NCBI GenBank assembly: GCA_963667175.2
Contig: CAXXXF010000015.1
Coordinates: forward strand, 288,001 to 352,000
Direction: 5' to 3'
Length of the DNA stretch: 64,000 nucleotides
From: Candidatus Latescibacterota bacterium
Lineage (GTDB): Bacteria; Latescibacterota; UBA2968; GCA-2709665
In this document: positions 57,152 to 64,000 of the stretch, piece by piece
Layout: each line of letters begins with the position of its first letter
Numbering within the stretch: position 1 is the first letter of the stretch
Translations under genes and position numbers: made by a program
The notes under the pieces: model-generated
Databases searched by the model: none
The model's input: only the letters and a program-made list of their open reading frames with translations
What the model was told of the DNA's origin: nothing

Positions 57152-57403
57152 TGCTACCTATACGGTCCGTGCGAAATGTGATTAGTGAGTCTTTTGATAC
57201 CCTCAGACAAGTTCCGCAATATGCCAGGAAACAGACTTCGGATTCGTACTTTCATGTAAACGATCCTGCACAGTTTTCGCCGATCTCGAGTGGCCCACGA
57301 AAATTACTGAAACCGAGTTTTTCGAGATCATCAGCAAGTTGCCCAGGGCAAAAACGTACCCCTTCCTGCAAGTCCTACCGCACGCGTCAGTCTCCCGTTA
57401 GTC

Positions 57404-60400
57404 CTATCGCGAATTCGATTCGTCCCCACTGACATCGATAACAACGACGGATATCCTTCGAGCTTCCTCATCGGAAAGCGTGGCCTCCAGTCGTTCCCGA
57501 AGTTCACCGGGAGTACCTGGACGCGTCCCCGACGGGTCTGGCTTTGTGTACTCTTTGCCGAACCAGAACACCAGATAGACGCCATGACCTTCCGCGCCCG
57601 GATCTCGGGTGTACCTGGCGATCAGTTGTGTCCTGATCGCGTTCCAAAGATCGGGGTGGTTGTTCTTTTTTATCTCCACCGGCACGTTGGAGCCCTCGTA
57701 GCTGACTCGAATATCTGATCGTTTGTCGTTTACGTAACGACCCTCTGGCTGGGCGTCAAGCTGCAACGGGTCTAATTTATACTTCAAATCGGATAGCAGC
57801 GAGTCCCGGCAGTGTTCTTCATGTTTCGGTTTTCGGACTTTCTTGTCAGAAGGGTTTTCCCAATATTGACGCCAGTCGGAGGTGTTGCCGTCTCGTATGT
57901 TTCGTCCGACGTCCTGCAGATGATCCGTCACGAGAGCGGCGAGATCCGCGGCGTTGGCGGGACTGCCGTTGTCCAGGGTTCGGCAGACCTCCTGGATTTC
58001 GGGATGGCAATATGCGGCGTCTCTGCGAATGACCCTCTGGGAATCTCGCGCCCGAGACAACACCATGTGCCATCGGGACAGATCCGGTTCGGCAAGAAGC
58101 CTTTCCAGGGCGTCGCTCGCGTCCTTGTCGGGTGAAGCAGCAAGGCGTTGAATAAACGCATGCACAAGTTCTGAGTCCGTGTTTACAGACGCATTCCATT
58201 CGTCTTCCCGTTCGTGCCGCAGCTTGTAGGGTCGGAAGTAACTTCCAAAAAGGCGAACGAGAACTTCCAATACCGGAATTCCCAGTTCAACGTCCGCAAG
58301 TGAGAAGCCCGCGCGTGCGAACACGTATGGGAAAAACCCTGCCAGGTTTCGCACCCGCCTCTGTTGACCCTGCACAAAGTCTGCCAAAGGGATTGAGTAC
58401 ACCTCGGGCGCAATAACGACCGCCGCGGCCAACCAGCGCACCCGTTGAGCAACATTCATGCTTTTTTTAGCTAGCTTTCTATCGATCAGTTTTTTAAAGG
58501 ACATCGGATCCGCGTGTCGAAGAGCTGCCCAAAGGAGATAGTCCAGCGCTTCAATCTGTATTGCGCTACAACGCGTGGGAAATGCCCTCAAAAACGGCAA
58601 GCTGGCGAGGTTCGCGACCTGGGCGTGTTCTTTGGTACGCGGGAGTGCAAAAATCCCAGAAATCGCCCCACTGCCACTGCGAAGCTCGGAAAGTCCACAC
58701 CGTACCAGCATTTCGGCAACGACGTCCGGGCGCGCGTTCCGGATTCGTTGATACCAGTTGGGCTCGTGGGAACTGCCCGAACAGAAATGGAACGCGAGCG
58801 CCCTGCGCATTTCGTCTTCGTTGAACTGAGAAAACTCCTCTGGCGCAGATTGTCCGATCTCTTCCAGGGCCGCAAGGAAGGGCCATCCGATATGATATAC
58901 CTGGCCGTTACTCTTAAGACCGAGAATCTCTTCCACACCTGGAATGTCCTCCCTTTCGATGACGCCGCGGATTCCAACACGAACCGCATCGATCAGGCTC
59001 TGATCCGATCCCAAGTCATTCTCAATGTCTCGCGTACCCCCGGCGATGCGGAGATTGATCGAGTCCGCGAAATATTTGCCGGCGACGTGGTAGAGCAGAC
59101 CGTGGGCGGCCCGGTTCTCACGCAATGCTGCCTGGTTAGCCCGGAGACGGTCCAGCCATTGCTCTTCTTTCCGCCGTCGCCCGTCAATGTAACGGGACGT
59201 AGTACCGCCACTGTCTTTCACTCCAGAGGCGCCTGGAATGGATTGTGGCGCGCGTAGTCGATCCAGCCTCTCCCTGAGTCTCGGATGTTTCTGAGCGCAA
59301 TCCACCAGGAGATCGAGCGAGAGGCCTTGACTGCCCCACCGATTCTGATATGCGATGACTGCCCTTTGAAGCATGTGCAACGCCACGTCAGGTTTCGTGT
59401 CCGCGACAATAGCGGCATGCTTCAGACACCAAACGCCGAAGTCGGGGGGAGGTTTCGCATCGTAGAGACGCCATTCTATTTTAAGCGCGCGTATTTCGAA
59501 ATCACTGTTGTCCAATTCATCGCAACGGTTCAACCCCTCGGCGTACACTCTCTTATATAGCTGCGGGCGTTCCTCCAACCAGGACCTTATTTCACGAACA
59601 GCGTCTTCGTCGCCATTCCGAACGCCATGAGCGTCCGAAATACCGACACTGAGCCAGTTGTACAGTCGTTCCGTCTCTACGGCTTTCTCCTGTGATTTCA
59701 GGGCGCGAGCCAGTAATCTCAGCGGAAGTCGTTCGAGGCGGAGGCGGCCTTCCAGTGCGGAACGCAAGTCAGGAAGCCTCTGCTGCAAAGCGTCCAGGAG
59801 TTCGACAGTCTGCTGGTCCGAAGACCCTTTCAGAAGCTCATGCTCCCAGAACCACCAGTACGCGCCAATTAAATCCGTTTCCCAAGTCTCGGACAGGTAT
59901 TCCCATATTTCCCCCGGAAGCACGTAACGGGGATAAAGCCGCGTTAACAGGGTGCCGAGAAGCTCGTTGTCCGGATCGGATACACGACCGGCTTCAACAT
60001 CCTTTAGCAGCGACTTGAGAGTTCCAATTTGGTGTTCTTCGTCCTTGGAGCGAACAAATGCATCGAGCGCTAATGCGTTTATGCCCGGCCAACGGGTCTC
60101 ATCGCGGACAATATCAACCAGGAGATCCGAAAGACCCGGAATCGCGTCGGCCTCGCGCAGAAACCGCAACACGAAGGAGACGAACGTCTGTTGTTCGGAT
60201 TCGCGGCTCCGGTTCATCAGGACGTCCTTGAGCGCGGGTTCCATATCGGGTGTGGCGAGAGGACCGAACGCCTCCGCCAATTCAATAGAACCGAGCCTGG
60301 ACACCTCACTGTGAAGAGCGTTCAGGAGCGCCCGCTTTTCGTGCGGCGAAAACCCGTGTATATCGCCATAAAGGCCCACGCCGACGGGGTCTCTGTCGAT

Positions 60401-61498
60401 AAGCACGCTTCGCGCGCTTTTGCTATGCGCTGCCAGCCACGCGGTCAACCCCCGAAGTTCGGTCACGACGATCCCGTCTTCTCCCGTGATGAGAGAGAGA
60501 ACCCGCGAGGCAGGAAGTCCGCCTTCGATCAGTCGTGCGAGGTACCAGGCGCCGAGGTATTCCGCCACGTGCCGGTGAATCGGGCAGAATCGGTTTAGCG
60601 AACCCGATTCTGCCTTGAACAGCTTTGTGGAAAGCACGGACTCGATCGTGTCCGGGTTTTCGTATTCAATTTCACACAAAGACGGGAAGTCCGAATCCTG
60701 ATCTCCCGTGCCCTGTGTGTACCCTTCTTTACCTGAAATCAGCTGGACAGCGCAAAGACGCCCCGCGGCGTCCAACAACTGATTTGTATTCGCCGGCTGA
60801 CTGGCAGCTTCGTGCTCTTCATTGTGCTCGCGAACCAGAATTGAACAGGCTTTCTCAAACGTTTGCAGGCGGCTCTCCGGCCATCGGTCGTTACGGGCTA
60901 CAACGGTGGCCAGCAACTCGAGGGTCAGCGGGTTTTTGAGCAGGCCGTCAATCCTTCGTTCCCGGGCATTCTCCATGAAGGCCGGGGGATCTTTGACGCC
61001 CATGTCTTCCAGGATTCGGACAATATCCGGTTCCGTAAGTGGATCAAGGCGAAGTACGGAAACGTCCCCCGGTGATATGATCTCCAGACGTTCCCTATCG
61101 TTGTTGCCCAGCCAATCCGCTTCCCTGCAGGAAAGGCGGAAACGAGGCCGCCCCAGCTTTTCGAGCTGTCCGCGGAGTTTATCGAAGGGTTCGAGGACGT
61201 TTGAAACGCCAACCCGAACCTCGTCAAGCCCGTCGATAAAGAGTGTCTTGTTGCGCCAATCGGGGTGCAGATCCACGTTTAGGGTGAGAAAGTCGCGGGC
61301 GTCGACCTTGCAGGCTTCTTCTCCATGGGCTTCGCGCTCGATCTCGAACGCCGTGGTCTTCCCCGACCCGGGATCGCCTAACAACACGTACGCCGGAATA
61401 TCCCGAAACTCCGCAAGGGATTGTGAGTCCTTTGACGGATCCCGTTTCTTAACGCCGAGTGGGATTATGGTACACGTGCGTGAAACGACCGTTTTCAT
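57404..61498 (-). CDS. NACHT/STAND NTPase with helical middle region and C-terminal PD-(D/E)xK-like nuclease
   Basis: GDPGSGKTT, FIDGLDE, LSCR, NPLTL, HRHVAEYL; C-terminal PEG...RSDIRV...PVEIKK...QL..RY. Confidence 0.85.
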   Translation of the reverse strand: MKTVVSRTCTIIPLGVKKRDPSKDSQSLAEFRDIPAYVLLGDPGSGKTTAFEIEREAHGEEACKVDARDFLTLNVDLHPDWRNKTLFIDGLDEVRVGVSNVLEPFDKLRGQLEKLGRPRFRLSCREADWLGNNDRERLEIISPGDVSVLRLDPLTEPDIVRILEDMGVKDPPAFMENARERRIDGLLKNPLTLELLATVVARNDRWPESRLQTFEKACSILVREHNEEHEAASQPANTNQLLDAAGRLCAVQLISGKEGYTQGTGDQDSDFPSLCEIEYENPDTIESVLSTKLFKAESGSLNRFCPIHRHVAEYLGAWYLARLIEGGLPASRVLSLITGEDGIVVTELRGLTAWLAAHSKSARSVLIDRDPVGVGLYGDIHGFSPHEKRALLNALHSEVSRLGSIELAEAFGPLATPDMEPALKDVLMNRSRESEQQTFVSFVLRFLREADAIPGLSDLLVDIVRDETRWPGINALALDAFVRSKDEEHQIGTLKSLLKDVEAGRVSDPDNELLGTLLTRLYPRYVLPGEIWEYLSETWETDLIGAYWWFWEHELLKGSSDQQTVELLDALQQRLPDLRSALEGRLRLERLPLRLLARALKSQEKAVETERLYNWLSVGISDAHGVRNGDEDAVREIRSWLEERPQLYKRVYAEGLNRCDELDNSDFEIRALKIEWRLYDAKPPPDFGVWCLKHAAIVADTKPDVALHMLQRAVIAYQNRWGSQGLSLDLLVDCAQKHPRLRERLDRLRAPQSIPGASGVKDSGGTTSRYIDGRRRKEEQWLDRLRANQAALRENRAAHGLLYHVAGKYFADSINLRIAGGTRDIENDLGSDQSLIDAVRVGIRGVIEREDIPGVEEILGLKSNGQVYHIGWPFLAALEEIGQSAPEEFSQFNEDEMRRALAFHFCSGSSHEPNWYQRIRNARPDVVAEMLVRCGLSELRSGSGAISGIFALPRTKEHAQVANLASLPFLRAFPTRCSAIQIEALDYLLWAALRHADPMSFKKLIDRKLAKKSMNVAQRVRWLAAAVVIAPEVYSIPLADFVQGQQRRVRNLAGFFPYVFARAGFSLADVELGIPVLEVLVRLFGSYFRPYKLRHEREDEWNASVNTDSELVHAFIQRLAASPDKDASDALERLLAEPDLSRWHMVLSRARDSQRVIRRDAAYCHPEIQEVCRTLDNGSPANAADLAALVTDHLQDVGRNIRDGNTSDWRQYWENPSDKKVRKPKHEEHCRDSLLSDLKYKLDPLQLDAQPEGRYVNDKRSDIRVSYEGSNVPVEIKKNNHPDLWNAIRTQLIARYTRDPGAEGHGVYLVFWFGKEYTKPDPSGTRPGTPGELRERLEATLSDEEARRISVVVIDVSGDESNSR

Positions 61499-62748
61499 GA
61501 CTCCTCAAACCAGTAATTGGCCGGTACGCTCAGAAACTCATTGAGCCCGATACCGCCTTCTCCGACAAGCAGTGCCCGATACGGACGAAAACGCTGCTTG
61601 AACACGTCCATTCCCCGCAGAGTCAACGGCTTTGTACCGCTTTTGACCTCAATGGCGATGATGCGGGGACCACGTTTCAGGACGAAGTCGACTTCGTGCG
61701 AACCCTCCCGCCAGTAAAAGAGATGAATGTCCCGCGACGCAGTGTTGAACAGATGCGCTCCTGCCGCGCTCTCGAAAATGCGTCCCCAGAACGTGCGGTC
61801 GGCCAGCGCTTCATCAAAAGAATATCCTGAGCCAGCCGTCATCAGGGCGGTGTTGAGCACGATGAGCTTTGGGCTGGAGGCGCGGCGTCGGTACGGCCGG
61901 TTGGAATACTTCGGCAAGCCTGCGACCAGGCCGGCGCTCGAGAGTAAATCGAGGTAACGGGCCAGGGTTGTCGTATTGCCGGCATCCTGCAGTTGGCCCA
62001 GCATCTTCGTGTACGATAGAATCTGCCCCGAATATGCGGCGCCCAATTCGAACACCTGTTCGAGTAGTACCGGTTTGTCCACCCGGACCATTCCGAGGAC
62101 GTCCCGCTCTATGTTGGGCTCGACGACCGCGCCCAGGATATAGTTACGCCAGCGATCGGAGTTTCGCACAAATCTTGCAGCCCCTGGATAGCCGCCGAAG
62201 TAAAGATATTTCTCCAGTGCGAAGTTGAACCCCTCGTTCATTTCCGCTAGCGACCAGTGAGAGACACCGATAGGTTCGAAGCGGCCGGCGAGGCTTTCGC
62301 TCAATCCGGACTGCATCAGCAGGGGGGCCGATCCCAGGATGACCACGTGCAGGGGACAGCCGTTGGCGCGGTCCGCGTCCCACAGGCCCTTCACGGTGTC
62401 GGACCACTGCGGTATCTTCTGAATTTCGTCTATCGCGAGAACAAAACCGCGTCCGAATCGTTCGGCCTCCTGTCGGGCTTCTTCCCAGTTGTTCACCAGC
62501 CACGTCGTGTCACGCACCGATTTTGGAGGGAGGGTAGATGCGACAGTATCTGGAAAAGCGCTACGTTCATTGCTATCGGGTTCGTCCACGGACACGTAGC
62601 GACTGTCGAGGTCAATCTGCTGAAGCGCTTGACGCACGATGGTCGTCTTGCCGGTCTGACGGGGTCCGAAGAGGGCGATGATATGATGCGGCGCCTCGCC
62701 CAACCAATCCATGAGCGTATTCACTTGATCACGCTGGAAGGTTTCCAT
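61495..62748 (-). CDS. AAA+ ATPase with DUF4143 domain
   Basis: GPRQTGKTT, IDEIQ, LGS, ESLAGR, GGYP, EVDFV, IEVKSG. Confidence 0.92.
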   Translation of the reverse strand: METFQRDQVNTLMDWLGEAPHHIIALFGPRQTGKTTIVRQALQQIDLDSRYVSVDEPDSNERSAFPDTVASTLPPKSVRDTTWLVNNWEEARQEAERFGRGFVLAIDEIQKIPQWSDTVKGLWDADRANGCPLHVVILGSAPLLMQSGLSESLAGRFEPIGVSHWSLAEMNEGFNFALEKYLYFGGYPGAARFVRNSDRWRNYILGAVVEPNIERDVLGMVRVDKPVLLEQVFELGAAYSGQILSYTKMLGQLQDAGNTTTLARYLDLLSSAGLVAGLPKYSNRPYRRRASSPKLIVLNTALMTAGSGYSFDEALADRTFWGRIFESAAGAHLFNTASRDIHLFYWREGSHEVDFVLKRGPRIIAIEVKSGTKPLTLRGMDVFKQRFRPYRALLVGEGGIGLNEFLSVPANYWFEES

Positions 62749-62754
62749 ACTGGT

Positions 62755-62783
62755 AATTTACTCTATTGAGTAAATTTAGTCAA
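62755..62783 (-). promoter_or_regulatory. Promoter with overlapping 9-bp inverted repeat (candidate operator)
   Basis: Minus strand TTGACT-N17-TAAATT-N6-ATG; inverted repeat AATTTACTC-TATT-GAGTAAATT at 62755-62776. Confidence 0.65.
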
Positions 62784-62863
62784 TATAGTAATTCACATTT
62801 CCATGGCACAAATTTGCAATCTGGTTCTCGCGCCGTCAAGCCGCCTGATTTCGGTTCACGCAC

Positions 62864-62909
62864 AAAAAAACGGGATACGCGAAGGTGTGAGCTCCTTCGG
62901 GCATCCCGT
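62864..62909 (-). terminator. Intrinsic terminator after the Dop/PafA gene
   Basis: ACGGGATGCCCGAAGG...CCTTCGCGTATCCCG followed by T7 on the minus strand. Confidence 0.75.
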
Positions 62910-62958
62910 CCGCGCGAATCTGTGTCCGGCGTGCGATCGCGTTGGATATTGCCGATGA

Positions 62959-64000
62959 TTACTTCAGCCGGCGCCGCATGGGGCGCCTGGGCGAGGGCGC
63001 GGCGGAGCGGATCTCCTGGATGAACTCGGCCGCGGCGTCGCGGTAGGTCTCGAACGGTTCCTGCAGGCTCAGTTGGCTCTCGTTCTCCAGATAGACCGCG
63101 TCCCAGTCCACAATATACCGTATCCGGTTCTCCGACAGGGCTCTGATCACGTCGGACCGGCCCCGCGCCCGTGTATCGGCGGGCGGCTCGTCTCCCGCGC
63201 GGGCGATCTGCTCCTCCGTTATAATACGGCGCGTCATCCCTTTGTGCTCCAGGTCGAGGTAGAACCCCCGGTTGGAATCGATATTGTGATACTCCAGGTC
63301 CAGGCTCTGGAGCCATGGATCGTTCCAATCCACGCCTTCCGACTGCACGAACATCTCCAGCATCCACTTCTTGGCCACCCAGTCCAGCCGGTCCTTCAGC
63401 TCCATCGGGTCCCGCTCAAGCGCGTCCAGGGTCCGCTCCCATTCGGCCAGCACCCAGTCCGACTCCTCGTCCATCCCCCGCAGATGGCGCTTTGCAAGAT
63501 CCAGGTACCGGCGCTGGATATCCAGCGCCGAGACCGGCCTGCCGTTCCTGCGCTCCAGGATCCACTTGTGGGTGGGATCCCGTGAAATCTCCTTCAGCGC
63601 CCAGACCGGATCACCCAGGCCCACGTCCTGCGGAAACACCTTGAGTTCGAGCAGATTCAACACCATCGCGGTGGTTCCCACCTTCAACGCGGTGGCGTAC
63701 TCCGACATATTCGAATCGCCCATCAGCAGGTGCAGCCTGCGGTACTTGTTGTAGTCGGCCAGCGGTTCGTCGCGGGTATTGATGATCGCCCGGGAGAACT
63801 GGATCCACTGGTAGATCTCCGTGACAATGTGGTCCGCGCGTTGTGAAATCTGAAAGGCGACGGGGTCCTCGTGACCGACGTCGTCGACCTCGTCCCGGCC
63901 ATAGTAATAGAAGCTGTCGTCGTAGCTGCCCACGCGGCCGGCGCCGCTGTAGATCTGCCGTGTCACCAGAAACGGCAGCAGCGCCGGTATCACCACCAGG
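62959..64000 (-). CDS. Pup/UBact ligase-deamidase family protein (PafA/Dop), 5' end outside the window
   Basis: FLVTRQI..GAG, SQRADH, R.IINTRDEP.AD, RRLHL..GDSNMSE, LKVGTT, LDWVAK, DLEYH, TRA..R. Confidence 0.93.
   Translation of the reverse strand, partial: LVVIPALLPFLVTRQIYSGAGRVGSYDDSFYYYGRDEVDDVGHEDPVAFQISQRADHIVTEIYQWIQFSRAIINTRDEPLADYNKYRRLHLLMGDSNMSEYATALKVGTTAMVLNLLELKVFPQDVGLGDPVWALKEISRDPTHKWILERRNGRPVSALDIQRRYLDLAKRHLRGMDEESDWVLAEWERTLDALERDPMELKDRLDWVAKKWMLEMFVQSEGVDWNDPWLQSLDLEYHNIDSNRGFYLDLEHKGMTRRIITEEQIARAGDEPPADTRARGRSDVIRALSENRIRYIVDWDAVYLENESQLSLQEPFETYRDAAAEFIQEIRSAAPSPRRPMRRRLK

Noticed and set aside
55096-62860. Defence island as an integrative element with att sites
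   Set aside because: No integrase, tRNA or flanking direct repeats could be identified by eye.
62780-62958. Pup/UBact modifier gene downstream of the ligase
   Set aside because: The region holds a terminator and promoter; no small ORF with a suitable C-terminus is evident.

Overview
A 64-kb window from a GC-rich diderm bacterium (LolA, outer-membrane beta-barrels) that also encodes a Dop/PafA-family ligase, which suggests a UBact/Pup-bearing lineage such as Latescibacterota-like groups (inference). Left end (1-13.5 kb): a YtrA/GntR-controlled ABC locus with a tandemly duplicated permease-propeller fusion, a repeat-containing TlpA thioredoxin and an S41 peptidase. One permease copy is split by a 1.7-kb insertion that has no terminal inverted repeats, carries CTAAG at both junctions and terminal hairpins, and encodes one protein with Rep_trans-like motifs plus a winged helix. 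This is a candidate new rolling-circle (tyrosine) IS type and the top finding. Middle (13.5-55 kb): housekeeping and catabolic genes (modBC, epmA, pepA, pyrE, mgtE, beta-oxidation genes, msrAB). Their spacers hold nested miniature elements: a TA-duplicating MITE, 21-33-bp CCTG..CAGG hairpin inserts seen at both empty and filled sites, and two nested 23-bp hairpins. Right end (55-63 kb): a defence island with a type II-like MTase/REase pair, an NACHT ATPase with a C-terminal PD-(D/E)xK nuclease, and an AAA-DUF4143 ATPase. No rRNA, tRNA or CRISPR array was seen. All family calls rest on motif recognition by eye; no searches were run.
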